In this document: positions 1 to 15,365 of the stretch, piece after piece | How the letters are laid out: each line of letters opens with the position of its first letter | Numbering within the stretch: the first letter of the stretch is position 1 | Source of the DNA: Eledone cirrhosa | Lineage: Eukaryota | Assembly (NCBI GenBank): GCA_964016885.1 | Contig: OZ024759.1 | Span: 37,248,111-37,312,110, forward strand | Reading direction: 5' to 3' | Length of the DNA: 64,000 nucleotides | Program-made: the position numbers and the translations under genes | The notes under the pieces: generated by a model | Database searches by the model: none | What the model saw: only the letters and a program-made list of their open reading frames with translations | Told to the model about the DNA's origin: nothing

Positions 1-39
1 CGCCACAACCATCATCATCATCACCATCACAATCACCAT

Positions 40-357
40 CGACATCATCATTTAATGTCTATTTTCCACATATATCGGCAAGAGAGATCGGATGACCATA
101 CATTGCTCACACGATCCCTTTGTGGCTGGATGTTCTTCTTAACACCAAACACTTTACAGAGTGGACTGGGTGTTTTTTTGTTGTGACACCAGCACTACCA
201 CTTTACATGGTGAACTGGGAACTTTCGGTTGTGGCCCCAGCAACCCCAGTTTACAGAATGGACTGGGTGTTTTTTTGTTGTGGCACCAGCACTACCACTT
301 TACATGGTGAACTGGGAACTTTCGGTTGTGGCCCCAGCAACCCCACTTTACAGAATG
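40..357. repeat. Octopus-type interspersed repeat fragment with an internal 97-bp tandem duplication (151-357)
   Basis: catcatcatttaatgtc...ggctggatg..cttcttaacaccaa..ctttacagagtg; period-97 duplication built from two diverged ~49-bp subunits. Confidence 0.65.
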
Positions 358-455
358 TACTTTTATCGTGTTAAGGCCCCGGGAACCTACATGAGAATAT
401 TTATAATTACGTTTTGAAGTATATTTTCTGTGTTGGTCTCAGCTTATTTCTATGA

Positions 456-662
<207 letters not shown>

Positions 663-667
663 TGATA

Positions 668-842
668 TAGCCAAAATTGTTTCTACAGGACTAGAACTGT
701 TTCATTCGAAGGAAATCATCAGGAAAGCTTTAGTCCTGTAGAAGCCAAGCCATCTCTATATTAAATTTGTTGTTTACACTCTACCAATGTATTGAGTACC
801 TTACTAACAGTGGTTACCTCCGATTGAACCCGGATCTCACAC

Positions 843-890
<48 letters not shown>

Positions 891-943
891 GTGTGAGATC
901 CGCGTTCAATCGGAGGTAACCACTGTTAGTAAGGTACTCAATA
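668..943 (+). mobile_element. TA-embedded hammerhead-motif mini-element, family A, with 5' hairpin (681-743) and 3' fold-back (790-943)
   Basis: ttctacaggacta...tagtcctgtagaa inverted repeat containing gtttc..tcatcag (reverse CTGATGA..GAAAC); homologous to 9937-10073, 31950-32130, 42390-42441. Confidence 0.7.
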
Positions 944-945
944 TA

Positions 946-1017
946 CAAGGTGTCCCAAAAAGTGTTTACACATTACAATGCTGTTTAAGTGTGTATAAAT
1001 ATTTTTGGGACGCCCTG
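946..1017. mobile_element. Tc1/mariner-type MITE (~72 bp)
   Basis: TIRs caaggtgtcccaaaaa / tttttgggacgccctg in TA context; copies at 15069-15145 and 27269-27344. Confidence 0.75.
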
Positions 1018-1341
1018 TGTATATATATATATATACACAAACTTATACATACATCAAATGTTGATCCATTTTACTACACACTTCTCATGTAAGTGTGTAT
1101 TGAGCACGTTTATTGTTTTATTACGACAAAATATAACAGTCATATATATATGTATATATATAATGTATATAATGTATGTATGTGTGTAGTGTATATATAT
1201 ATATATATAATGCTGTTTTTTTTTTTTTCACAATGACGCACGTATTTTATATTTACCAGGTTTTAATGTGCGTGTATATTATATATATATATACATGTAT
1301 ATATATATATATATATTTACATATATATATATATACATATT

Positions 1342-1520
<179 letters not shown>

Positions 1521-1521
1521 T

Positions 1522-1660
<139 letters not shown>

Positions 1661-2032
1661 TTATATATATATATATATATATATATAAACATACATATAT
1701 ATGTATACATATATATATGTATGTGTGTATACATATATGTGTGTATATATATATATAGGTATTTCTCTGTGTATCTTAATAATGTGTGTGTATATATATA
1801 TGTATACATATGTGGAAAAAGCTTCTCTTACTCCCATCATATCAATGTTACCACCTGAACAATGAGGTTGGGGGTGGGGCGGAGACATACCCCACCCCAC
1901 CACCTCCCCACCCCCTCAGTTTTATAATGTTCTATCTTGATGTCTTTATTGATGTTGCCATCGGTCCGGAAAATAACATTCTGTTTTTTCTATACACAAG
2001 TACGAAACTGTATACATCGGCGGCCATTTTAA

Positions 2033-2089
<57 letters not shown>

Positions 2090-2097
2090 TATACACA

Positions 2098-2406
2098 CAC
2101 ATACATACATACATACATACATACATACATACATACATACATACATACATACATACATACATACATACATACATACATACATACATACATACATACATAC
2201 ATACATACATACATACATACATACATACATACATACATACATACATACATACATACATACATACATACATACATACATACATACATACATACATACATAC
2301 ATACATACATACATACATACATACATACATACATACATACATACATACATACATACATACATACATACATACATACATACATACATACATACATACATAC
2401 ATACAT
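2098..2406. repeat. Perfect (CATA)n microsatellite
   Basis: Direct reading. Confidence 0.95.
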
Positions 2407-2524
2407 GGGTGGATGTATATCTACGTAGCAGCTTGTTTGTTATACTACGCATATAAGCATATATTCTTTTTAGAACTTTTTTCTTAATTTTGTACTTGTG
2501 TGTGTGTGTGTATATATATAGATG

Positions 2525-2557
<33 letters not shown>

Positions 2558-3270
2558 GTTTGTGTGTATGCATATATGTGTGTGAGTAAATATATATATA
2601 TATATATATAGTTTTATATATATATAGTTATATACATATATATAGTTATATATAGAGAGGGACAGACTGACAGACAGATAGGCACAGAGAGACAGAGACA
2701 GACAGGCAACTAGACACATACCTAACCCACCTTATTCCATAATTGCAATGTTTTTATGTCTTCCAATCGTCGTTCCAGAATTTCAACTAAAGCTGCCATC
2801 TTTACCTAAAACATACATAATATCCTGACCATAGCACACTACACCACCATACCACCACCCCACCACCACCTATACCACACCACCCCACCTATACCATCCC
2901 TACCCATACCCGAGCGTCATCTTACCCGTGTCATGGTATCTAGAAAACTAGACAACTTTATGTTGGATAAAAACTACAAGATATTAAATAAAGGAAGAAA
3001 AATGGTAAAAACGGGAAAAAAAACCTTTAAAAACTGCCTAAATAAGTCTTTTATTCTATCTGACATGAAGTTACTGGAAACAATTTAACCTAGTTACGTG
3101 GCTTCAATGTTGGAACCACTATGTGGTCACTAAGTTGGCTAGAAATAGGAGTAAATCTACCTTAAATCACACTCTATCATCTTTAGCACTTCTAATACCA
3201 AAGAGCCAGCCAGCCAGCCCGTCTCCTTCACCCTCTCCCTACTCACCACCATTGGCACCTCCGTAGCAGT

Positions 3271-3804
3271 GGAGACTTCTGGTGCCCCTGGCCCTAGGAC
3301 CACCTCCCTACTCACCACAGAGTTGGTTACCCGCGGCAATGGAGACTTCTGGTGCCCCTGGCCCTAGGACCACCTCCCTACTCACCACAGAGTTGGTTAC
3401 CCGCGGCAATGGAGACTTCTGGTGCCCCTGGCCCTAGGACCACCTCCCTACTCACCACAGAGTTGGTTACCCGCGGCAATGGAGACTTCTGGTGCCCCTG
3501 GCCCTAGGACCACCTCCCTACTCACCACAGAGTTGGTTACCCGCGGCAATGGAGACTTCTGGTGCCCCTGGCCCTAGGACCACCTCCCTACTCACCACAG
3601 AGTTGGTTACCCGCGGCAATGGAGACTTCTGGTGCCCCTGGCCCTAGGACCACCTCCCTACTCACCACAGAGTTGGTTACCCGCGGCAATGGAGACTTCT
3701 GGTGCCCCTGGCCCTAGGACCACCTCCCTACTCACCACAGAGTTGGTTACCCGCGGCAATGGAGACTTCTGGTGCCCCTGGCCCTAGGACCACCTCCCTA
3801 CTCA
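3271..3804. repeat. Perfect 70-bp GC-rich minisatellite, 7.6 copies
   Basis: Unit ggagacttctggtgcccctggccctaggaccacctccctactcaccacagagttggttacccgcggcaat at 3271, 3341, ... 3761. Confidence 0.95.
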
Positions 3805-4347
3805 TCGTCATCGGCACAGAGTTCTCTACCCACAGGTGTGAGCCTTGCGAGCTGGAATGGCTGTTCTTCCAGCGTGTCTCCCTCACCATCTTCCGAGAAA
3901 ACGTCTTCTCCATTCTGTCTGCCGGGGCCGCAGGGTGACCAGCGCGTGGGCCCCCCATTTGCTCTTAATAGTGAGAGTTGGAGAGAACGGGAGAACCGGA
4001 GGCAGTGAGAGTGGGAGTTTGGTTCCTCTGTGTTCAGACCTGGTGTATATATATATGTTTGACGGACACCCACTCATGGTACTGTAGGTACTAAGCAGAA
4101 TGTGGTTTACATTGTAGTTTTTACTCTGTATAAATACATTCACTACACATTCATCATCATCCAGTTTTTCTTACTTTATTATGCAGAGCACAATTAGTCC
4201 CTAAGTAGGGGTGGGTCCTGTCTGACAGCGTTCCTTAGCGTCGCCGCGCTCCATGTGGTTGTGTCCGCCGGTCTGAGAATAAGTTGCTATTCGTGGAATT
4301 AGTCTGAGACTATAATACTAATGTGGTATTAGTACTGGCACTATCTA

Positions 4348-4470
4348 GTCTGTGTTGAAATCCCGCTAAGGTCAACTTCGCCTAACATCAATCCACGGTC
4401 AATAAAGTACCAATTAAGTACTAAAGTTAAGTACCAAAGATTTGCTGCTTTTGTATCTAAGAAATAATCA
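4348..4470 (+). mobile_element. Degenerate SINE fragment
   Basis: gttgaaatcccgctaaggtcaacttcgcct..ggtcaataaagtacca. Confidence 0.55.
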
Positions 4471-5058
4471 ATAACTGTTGGTAGGGGGAGACAACTCCAC
4501 TGTCACTGGTGTTGTTGTTGTCGTGGTGGTGTTATTGTGGTGATGGTGGTGCTGGTGTTGTTGTTGTTGTGGTGGTGGTGGTGATGCTGGTGGTGTTGTT
4601 GTGGTGGTGCTGGTGGAGGCGATGTTGTTGTTGCGGTGATGTGGTGGTGGTGATGGTGTTCTCGTTATGGTGGTGGTGAAGGTGTTGTTGTGGTGATGTT
4701 GTTATGATGGGGATGTTGTTGTGGTGGTGGTGGTGGTGGTGGTGGTGGAGTTGATTTATATTGTTATTGTTCGTGTTGTTGTTGTGGCTGTTGTTACAGC
4801 TGTTGTGACAGGATCTACCACAAAAGCAGCCACCATCAGTATCGATACTGTTACTGCTGTTGTTGTTGTTGTTGGGATCATTGTAGTAGTAGTAGTAGTA
4901 GTAGTGTTGGTGGGATCATTGTAGTAGTAGTAGTAGTAGTAGTGTTGGTGGGATCATTGTAGTAGTAGTAGTAGTAGCCGTTATGGTGTTGTTGTTGTTG
5001 TAGTTGTAGTCACTAAATTCGTGACAGGTGTTCGACGGAACATGTAACACGAAACTTG

Positions 5059-5158
<100 letters not shown>

Positions 5159-5200
5159 TGTCAGTATCTATACACACACACACACATTGTCAGTATCTAT

Positions 5201-5233
<33 letters not shown>

Positions 5234-5346
5234 AACACACTAATACCACAGCCCACACAGACATACACACACACAAGGATATGCACGCAATTTATACATT
5301 TGGTGACGTCTGAACACGGCATAGAATAATGACATGTACACACATA

Positions 5347-5397
<51 letters not shown>

Positions 5398-5581
5398 TGT
5401 GTGCGTGTGTGTGGGTGTGTATACTTATGTAAGTATGTATATATATATATATATATGTGTGTGTGTATATATATATACATATATGTATGTGTGTATGTAT
5501 ATATATATGTGTGTGTGTATATATATATACATATATGTATGTGTGTATGTATATATGTGTGTGTGTGTGTGTACTTGTGTG

Positions 5582-5612
<31 letters not shown>

Positions 5613-6479
5613 GTATGTGTGTATGTATATATATGTGTGTGTGTACTTATGTATATATATATGTGTGTATGTGTATATATATATATATACTTATATATAT
5701 GTGTGTATGTATATATATGTGTTTGTGTGTGTGGGAGGGAGACTATTTTTCTAATGTAAACATACGCATATACAGACAGATTGATACAATTGTCATACAC
5801 ACACTCACCAATGTGTGTGTGTGTGTGCATATATGACTATAGTAGATATACACACACAGAACGAGCGACAGACAGACAGACAGACAGACAGAGGGGGAGA
5901 GGGGAGAGGCAAAGGTGGAGAGGGGAGAGGCACATATGGTGGGGGTAATTCATTGAGGGAACAGATGGGAGACGATAGTGTGGTGTAGCTGATACATCTA
6001 TGTGGATAGGGGACTTGTGTGTGTATATATGTGTGTGTATATATGTACACATGTATATACACACACACACACACACACACATATATATTTACATATATAT
6101 ATATACATATATATGCATATATATACATACATATGTATGTGTAAATATATATGTGTGTACATATATATACATACATGGACACACACTCATATGGAGACAG
6201 TCGTTCGTATATACAGTAATTCATACACATACACCCCACTTATACATAGATACACAGTTGATATAGGTGTTTTCTGAGACACATACACACAGCTATATAT
6301 GTAAGTATGTATATATATATATGTGTGCGTGTGTGTATATATATATATATGTATGTGTATAGATATATATATATGTATAGATATATATATATTTGTATAT
6401 ATATATATATATATATATATGTGTATATATATATATATGTGTATATATATATATATGTATATATATGTATATATATATG

Positions 6480-6694
<215 letters not shown>

Positions 6695-6723
6695 GTATAT
6701 ATGTATATATATATGTATATATA

Positions 6724-6756
<33 letters not shown>

Positions 6757-6775
6757 ATATGTATATATATATGTA

Positions 6776-6806
<31 letters not shown>

Positions 6807-6823
6807 ATATGTATATATATATG

Positions 6824-6855
<32 letters not shown>

Positions 6856-6858
<3 letters not shown>

Positions 6859-8313
6859 CTATCTATCTAAGGCGGGTAAAATTCCCGAGATCCATGGACG
6901 AGTTCTCTCCAGCGGTCTCTGTCCCTCATTATCGCTGCCATGTCCTGCGTCTCCAACAGACCAGTGTCTGTCCTTAGGGCATCAACATATGTTAACCTTG
7001 GTCTTCCTCTTCCAGTGTGTCCATGTAGGGGCTCCCAAAGGAGCACGGAGTGCAATGTCAACTCTGGATGTCGGTGAGCATGTCCAGCCAACCTCAGTCT
7101 CCTCTGTGTCACTTTTGAGCTGACTTTTGGGAGGCTCCCATACAGCTCTGAGTTTTTCATCCTCAGTGTATACTGATTAATGTTCAGAGCCATCCTCAGC
7201 ATTCTCGTGTAGCACCCATCCACCATCTGAGTGAGTCTCTTGGTCAGTGTCCAAGTCTCAGACCCATACAGCAGCACAGACTCCACTACAGCAATGAAGA
7301 GGCGGATTTTCAGGTCTCTACGAAGGTCCGACTTCCACACCGATCTCAAGCTGTGGCACGCTGCCCAGGCCTTGCTCTTCCTCTCAACCACATCATCTTC
7401 CGTATTCCCAATCTTTGCTCCCAAATACAGGAAGTCCTCAACCAATTCCAGCGGCTTCCCGCCTACATTAGTGATCCCCTCTGGCTTCTCAACATTCTCT
7501 ACCAGATATTTTGTTTTAGTCTCATTCATTCTCAGCCCCACACTCATCGACACAGTCTCAACCTCCCGCATCAAATCCTCTGCCTCCTTCACTGTATTTG
7601 TCACCAAAACTATGTCGTCGGCAAATTCAGCATCCGATACCTTTTTCGCCCCAACTCTCCTGCTCTGAGCCGGTGCTACAGTAAAGCCAGAGTCCTGGTG
7701 TTTCTCCAGTGCAAGGCGCATACAATAGTCCACTACGATGATAAAAAGGTAGGGAGCCAATGTATCTCCCTGGAGCACTCCAGCCAGTATCTCAAAGAAC
7801 TCTGTCATCCCATCAGGTGTAATGACTTGGGCTTTGGTGTTGGTGTAGAGCAGTGATATCAGGTCCACTATCCTCTTGGGGATTCCATAAGCCTGTAAGA
7901 TCTTCATCAGGCAGTAACGGTCCACAGAATCAAAGGCCTTCCTAAAGTCAATGAAAACCATGACCGCAGGAAGGCACTTTGCTCTAGCTCCCTCTAATAT
8001 CCTCCTCAGCATCAGGATGTGACTGGTGGTTGATCTACCCTCTCTGAAGCCGTTCTGGTTGTCCCTGAGCTTCTTCTCCATCTCAGGCTGGATCCTGTTA
8101 AGAATCATCCTGTTGAGGGTCTTTGCCACAAGTGACGTCAGTGAGATCCCCCGGTAGTTGTTGGTGTTAGAGAGATCTCCCTTCTTTGGCACTGGGACGA
8201 TGTTACTGATCCTCCACTGATTCGGGGCAACTCCCTTCTCCAGTGCCCCGTTACAGAACCCCAGGATGATATCATCAAAATCACACCACTTCATCACCTC
8301 TGATGCTACTCCA
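6856..8313 (-). mobile_element. 5'-truncated RTE-type non-LTR retrotransposon (LINE) inserted in a TA/TATG microsatellite
   Basis: GC-balanced island with sharp edges against (TA)n on both sides; the 3' end is a stop codon followed directly by a (TAGA)n tail. Confidence 0.92.
6867..8297 (-). CDS. LINE reverse transcriptase (RT domain plus RTE-type C-terminus), endonuclease domain lost
   Basis: Motifs [77 protein letters not shown]; 476 codons without a stop. Confidence 0.95.
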   Translation of the reverse strand: MMKWCDFDDIILGFCNGALEKGVAPNQWRISNIVPVPKKGDLSNTNNYRGISLTSLVAKTLNRMILNRIQPEMEKKLRDNQNGFREGRSTTSHILMLRRILEGARAKCLPAVMVFIDFRKAFDSVDRYCLMKILQAYGIPKRIVDLISLLYTNTKAQVITPDGMTEFFEILAGVLQGDTLAPYLFIIVVDYCMRLALEKHQDSGFTVAPAQSRRVGAKKVSDAEFADDIVLVTNTVKEAEDLMREVETVSMSVGLRMNETKTKYLVENVEKPEGITNVGGKPLELVEDFLYLGAKIGNTEDDVVERKSKAWAACHSLRSVWKSDLRRDLKIRLFIAVVESVLLYGSETWTLTKRLTQMVDGCYTRMLRMALNINQYTLRMKNSELYGSLPKVSSKVTQRRLRLAGHAHRHPELTLHSVLLWEPLHGHTGRGRPRLTYVDALRTDTGLLETQDMAAIMRDRDRWRELVHGSREFYPP

Positions 8314-8357
8314 TATATATATATATATATGTATATATATATGTATATATATATATG

Positions 8358-8428
<71 letters not shown>

Positions 8429-8432
8429 GTAT

Positions 8433-8566
<134 letters not shown>

Positions 8567-9129
8567 GTGTGTATATGTATATATATATATATATGTGTGT
8601 ATATGTGTATATATATATATATGTGTGTATATGTGTATATGTATATATATATGTGTGTATATGTATATATATGTATATATATATATATGTGTATATGTGT
8701 ATATATATATATGTGTGTGTATATATATGTATATGTGTATATATATATGTATATGTATGTGTATATATATGTATATGTGTATATATATATGTATATATAT
8801 GTGTATATATATATGTATATATATGTGTATATATGTGTATATATATATGTATATATATGTGTATATATATGTATATATATGTGTATATATATGTATATAT
8901 ATATGTATATATATGTATATATATGTGTATATATATGTATATATATATGTATCTATATGTGTATATATATGTGTATATATATGTATATATATATGTATCT
9001 ATATGTGTATATATATGTATATATATATGTATCTATATGTATATATATATGTATATATATGTATATATATATGTATATATATGTATATATATATATGTAT
9101 ATATATGTATATATATATGTATATATATG

Positions 9130-9160
<31 letters not shown>

Positions 9161-9190
9161 TAGTTTATCGCCTGATAAGTATGAAAAGCT

Positions 9191-9226
9191 TTTTAACATT
9201 TCGGGCATTAGTCCTTCATCGGGAGA
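9191..9226 (-). ncRNA. Decayed hammerhead motif (family B)
   Basis: TCTC-CCGATGA-AGGAC(taat)GCCC-GAAATGTT-AAAA; flank agaatgagaaata shared with the 44201 copy; core U4 changed to C. Confidence 0.5.
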
Positions 9227-9807
9227 TAGAATGAGAAATAAAAGTATAGAAAGCTAGAGAAGAATGAAAGACGAAGAAACGGATTGTGGAGGAAAAAGCG
9301 TGTGTATGGGTTCAGTAGACCATTTTTGGGGTTAGGGACAACCTCCCTTGTACTGGGGCCACAATAAAATGAGAAATCACTAGTTTCGCTTGTGTAATGA
9401 GTTGGTCTGTGAAGGACCGGTGAAACTTTATTAGCGGGGAGGACGGATGTTACATAATGATGGCGCTGATGGTGATGATGTCGTGAGGAAGGAAGAGAGT
9501 AATGATGATGATGATAACGGAGATGATGATGATGGTGATGATGATGTCAATGACCAGAAGGACGATAATGGTGATAGCAATGATGATGACGATGATGATG
9601 TTAATAGTGTTAATAATAACGTTTACTGTCTTCCGCCATTTTGATTTTCCCAAATTGTTTCCGACCACCATTACGTCCGCCATTATTCCATCTAGGTTTT
9701 CTCTTCCGTTCACAATTTTACCAAAACAAATAAATCATTATTTATTTATTATTTACAAACTCATTTTCATTGTTATTTCAGGATATATATAAACATATGC
9801 CTGTATA

Positions 9808-9859
<52 letters not shown>

Positions 9860-9936
9860 CTATGTAGCTCTTTACACCAAGATACATTAGTGCACATCAG
9901 ACACCGTCTCCCATACATATATATATATATATATAT

Positions 9937-10073
9937 TCAGGGTTCAATCGGGGCTGACCACATTAAGGTACTCAATACATAACAGAGTAAAATTATTTAA
10001 TATAGAAATAGCTTCTACAGGACTAGAACTGTTTCATTCGAAAGAAACAGTTCTAGTCCTGTAGAAGCCATTT
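9937..10073 (-). mobile_element. Family A mini-element with a perfect 25-bp hairpin (10011-10068)
   Basis: gcttctacaggactagaactgtttc-attcgaaa-gaaacagttctagtcctgtagaagc; shares ggttcaatcgg and aaggtactcaatacat with other family A copies; (TA)n flanks. Confidence 0.75.
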
Positions 10074-10114
10074 ATATATATATATAATTATGTATCTCTC
10101 TCTTACATAATTAT

Positions 10115-10151
<37 letters not shown>

Positions 10152-10197
10152 CTTATATATATATATTATATATATATATATAATTATGTATCTCTCT

Positions 10198-10241
<44 letters not shown>

Positions 10242-10252
10242 TGTAACTCTCT

Positions 10253-10294
<42 letters not shown>

Positions 10295-10545
10295 CACATG
10301 TGTGTGTGTGTGTGTTTGTATTGTTTTGTTTATTTATTAAAGCTGTCTCTCAGTTCATTGAGGATGTGTGAGAAAAGATCGTTATATTTTTTCCTTCCAA
10401 TTCTATGATCAGTATTTTCCCTCAAGACTCTGGTTTCTCCTTAAAATAATTCTGCCACAATATTTCACTTCTATATTTTTTTACTTTTCGCTCACATTTA
10501 TTGGTTTGATTACCAATCAACGTATAAACACATTTGCTAATATAG

Positions 10546-10581
<36 letters not shown>

Positions 10582-12309
10582 TTATATATACTAAGGTGAA
10601 ACAATTGTTCTCGGTATGGTGAACTAACTGTTGTGTAACCACTTTTACCTAACTCGTCCCATTGACTGAGTGCTCTACCACTACGGATATTACCTTCCAG
10701 TGTTCTACCACTATATATATATATATATATATATAATGTATATATCAACATGAACACATTTGCTAATATAGCTATATATATGTATATGTGTGTGTATATA
10801 TATACATTTGCAAATATAGCTATATATACATAGAGACATTCACCTGCACTGTGTATATATGTGTTTACACGTATACGCACACGCACTTATATGATGGCAC
10901 TAAGTATGTATTAGACATACAGGTACACATCACACACTTACATACATTGGTGGTGGTGGTGGTGGTGGTGGATATGGCGGCGTTGGGCTTTGTGAATGTG
11001 AAAATCTTGGTAGAGGCGGCGATAAAGGTGGATATGAAGCCGAGGTCACACACCACACTGCATCTCAAAGTACTATTACACTACACTATACCACATCACA
11101 CTATACCACACTACATCACACTACACTATACCACACTATATCACACTACACTATACCACACCACATCACACTACACTATACCACACCACACTACACTACA
11201 CTAGACTACACCTCACTACACTACACCTCACTACACTACACCTCACTACACTACACCACACTACACTACACTACACCACACTACACTACACCACACTACA
11301 CCACACTACACTATACCACACTATACCACACTACACTATACCACACTACACTATACCACACTACACTATACCACACTACACTATACCACACCACACTATA
11401 CCACACTACACCACACTACACTATACCACACCACACTACACTACACCCCACTACGCCACACTACACTACACCCCATCACACACTACGCCAGACCACCCTT
11501 TTATCTGTGTGACCTCGACCTTTTGTTTTGGGTTATTCACATAACCTGACCTCCCTTTATCTCCGCCTTTCCCCCTCCGTCCCCACCACCACCTCCGTCC
11601 CCGCCACCCTCTCCGTCCCCGCCACCCCTCCACCACCGCTATCCCCGCCGCCACCATTTGATAGACAAGGGAACGAGGGGAAGGAGGAGGGGCGTTTTAA
11701 GTGGCTGAAGACAGATGGACAGACCCTCCCTCATTAGATGGACAAATGATGGGGTGGCGTATGGTGTGGGGGGGGGGGGACTTTTGAATATGTCGGTTGT
11801 TGTTGTTGTTGTTTTGGCGGGTAGCACAGAGATTCTCTCACCTTATTGAACTTCAGTTTGATGATGATGATGATGTTGCTCTTTAGCCCTAGGCCGGTAC
11901 AGGTGGACTAAAGGGAGGGAGTGAGAAGATATTGTGTGAGAGGGAGGAAGGGGGAGGTGATATTGTGTGAGGGAGGGGAGGGGGGTGATATTGTGAGAGG
12001 GAGGGAGGGGGAGGTGATATTGTGTAAGAGGGAGGAAGGTGGAGGTGATATTGTGTGAGGGAGAGGGAGGGTGATATGTGATATTTAGGTCAACATTGTA
12101 AATAGATTGACAGACAGGTAGGTAAACATGTAGACATATTGATTGGTTCACTGATTGATTGATTGATTGGTAGATAGACAGGTGTGTATATATATTATAT
12201 GTATATATATATATGTTATATATATATATATATATATATATATAATCCGATAGATAGAGAGAGATATGTACTTTTAGATATACACCATCTCAGGTTCTCG
12301 TCTGCCCCT

Positions 12310-13085
12310 CTGTGTGTGTGTATGTATACGTTTGTCTGTATGCCTGTGTATGTGTCGGTGTGTGTATATGCATATGTCTGTGTGGGTGTGGATGTCTGTA
12401 TACGTCTCTGTGTATGCCAGTGTATGTGTCTGAGTGTCTGTGTGTGTGTGTCTGTATACGTATGTGTGTATGCCTGTGTACGTGTCTGTGTGTATGCCTG
12501 TGTGTGTGTCAGTGTATGTGTCTGTGTGTATGCCTGTGTGTGTGTCGGTGTGTGTATATGCATATGTCTGTGTGTCTGTATACCCCTGTGTGTATGCCAG
12601 TGTATACCCCTGTGTGTATGCCAGTGTATGTGTCTGTGTATGCTAGTGTATGTGTCAGTGTATGTGTCTGTGTGTATGCCTGTGTATGTGTCGGTGTGTG
12701 TATATGCATATGTCTGTGTGTGTCTGTATACCCCTATGTGTATGCCAATGTATACCCCTGTGTGTATGCCAGTGTATGTGTCTGTGTATGCTAGTGTATG
12801 TGTCTGTGTGTGTCAGTGTATGTGTCTGTGTGTATGCCTGTGTATGTGTCGGTGTGTGTATATGCATATGTCTGTGTGTGTGTCTGTATACGTCTGTGTG
12901 TATGCCAGTGTATGTGTCTGTGTATGCCAGTGTATGTGTCTGGGTGTATGCCAGTGTGTGTCTGGGTGTATGCCAGTGTCTGAGTGTATGCCAGTGTCTG
13001 AGTGTATGCCAGTGTCTGTGTATGCCAGTGTCTGTGTGTATGCCGGTGTATGCCAGTGTATGTGTCTGAGTGTCTGTGTGTGTGA
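12310..13085. repeat. Complex TG-rich satellite
   Basis: Recurrent gtgtatgccagtgtatgtgtct units. Confidence 0.8.
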
Positions 13086-13721
13086 ATGAAAAGCTGACTG
13101 ATAGATGATACGAATGTGTAAGGTGTAGAAAACTTTGTCAGTTCGGATGAAGGAGAGGGGGAGGAGAGAGGGGGTTGGGTAGTAGTGGGAGAGGCCGGTT
13201 GCATCCCTAACTATTGTAATCATGAAAGAAAGTGGGAGGGAGGGAGGGTAGGAAAGAGTTTGATGGACAAGAGGGAGGGAAGGGGAGGTGGACGTTCGGA
13301 TAAAAACGAATTGAAGAATGGATACAACAAAAGGTGGTGGTGGGGTGGGGTAGGGTGGTGGATACTGGGAAAGTCCTCGGCAGAGGGAGAGGCTAGGATT
13401 GATAGTGTACTGAAAGTGGTGGTGGTAGTGGGGGTAATTGTGGTGGTGGTGGTGGTGGCAGTAGTAGTGGTGGTGGTGGATGAGGGGGTTGTGTTGGTGA
13501 TGGTGGTTATCGTTGTTGTTGATTCACAAGACGTTCCAACCACGAACATCACCTATAATGTTTCAAACATTGTGTATCTAGGACTCCATTATCCAATGTG
13601 TCTTTCTGTAAAGACAATAGGTTGTGATTTAAATGAAGGAGAGGGTGTTTAGCTCTTATTTCTTGTATCTCGATTGACTCCATTGAGTTTTCCCATTCTC
13701 TCTTACTAACCAAACATCTCT

Positions 13722-13758
<37 letters not shown>

Positions 13759-14544
13759 GTATATACTACTTACACACACACATGTATACTATTACACACA
13801 TACACACACACATATATATATACTACTAACACACACACATGTATACTATTACACACACACACACACACACACACATGTATATACTACTTACACACACACA
13901 TGTATATACTACTTACACACACACATGTATACTATTACACACACACACACATACAGATATATATATATATACTACTTACACACACACACATATATAGAGC
14001 TAGGACCCTGTCCCATATAGACCCCACCCCCACCTAATCATCCCCCTCCCACCCACGCACCCCAACTACTGTCGATCTGTTTATATTTTCATTGCGATTT
14101 AATTATTTTACTCTGAGCCCTACCCTGGCCCCTACGATGTCAGAGAGTGGTTCCTGGAGAAGGGTGTGGTGGCGGTGTGGCGAGAGTGGGGTCGTGTGGT
14201 GGCGGTGTGGGGAGAGTGGGGTCGTGTGGTGACGGGGAGGGTGGGGTGGCGGTGTGGGGAGGGTGGGGTCGTTTGGTGACGGTAGGGTTAGGAATGAAAC
14301 ATCCATCCTCACTCCTAGGATCAGAGAACAGTGTCACACACATACATACACAAGTGTATATATGTGTATATATATATATATATACATATATGTGTGTGTG
14401 TATATATATATATATATATGTGTATATATATATATGTATATACATATATATATATGTATATACATATATATATATATGAATATACATATATATATATATA
14501 TATGTATATATATATGTATATATATGTATATATATATATATGTG

Positions 14545-14587
<43 letters not shown>

Positions 14588-14637
14588 TTATTATTACTAT
14601 ATATATTATTATTACTATATATATGTATATATATATG

Positions 14638-14688
<51 letters not shown>

Positions 14689-14689
14689 G

Positions 14690-14722
<33 letters not shown>

Positions 14723-15068
14723 GTATATATATATATATACATATATATATATGTATATATATACATATATACATATATGTATATACATATATATATGTAT
14801 ATACATATTATACATGTATATATATATGTATATATATATATATGTATATACATATATGTATATATATATGTATATATATATATATGTATATACATATATG
14901 TATATACATATTTATATGTATATATATATGTATATATATATATATATATGTATATACATATATGTATATACATATTTATATATATATATATATGTATATA
15001 CATATTTATATATATGTATATACATATATGTATATACATATTTATATATTTATATATATACACACACA

Positions 15069-15145
15069 AAGGGTGTTCCAAAAAATGTAAACACACTTGG
15101 ATTAGAATGCTGTTGAAGTATGTATATATTTTTTCGGATACCCTG
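15069..15145. mobile_element. Tc1/mariner-type MITE, same family
   Basis: agggtgttccaaaaaatgta..aatgctgttgaagt..ttttcggataccctg. Confidence 0.75.
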
Positions 15146-15163
15146 TATATATTTATATATATA

Positions 15164-15298
<135 letters not shown>

Positions 15299-15306
15299 AT
15301 ATACAG

Positions 15307-15365
<59 letters not shown>

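Noticed and set aside
3271-3804. CRISPR-like regular repeat
   Set aside because: Head-to-tail identical units with no spacers, no cas genes, eukaryotic context
7231-7856. Plus-strand ORFs of 145 and 167 aa
   Set aside because: Antisense shadows of the LINE RT frame
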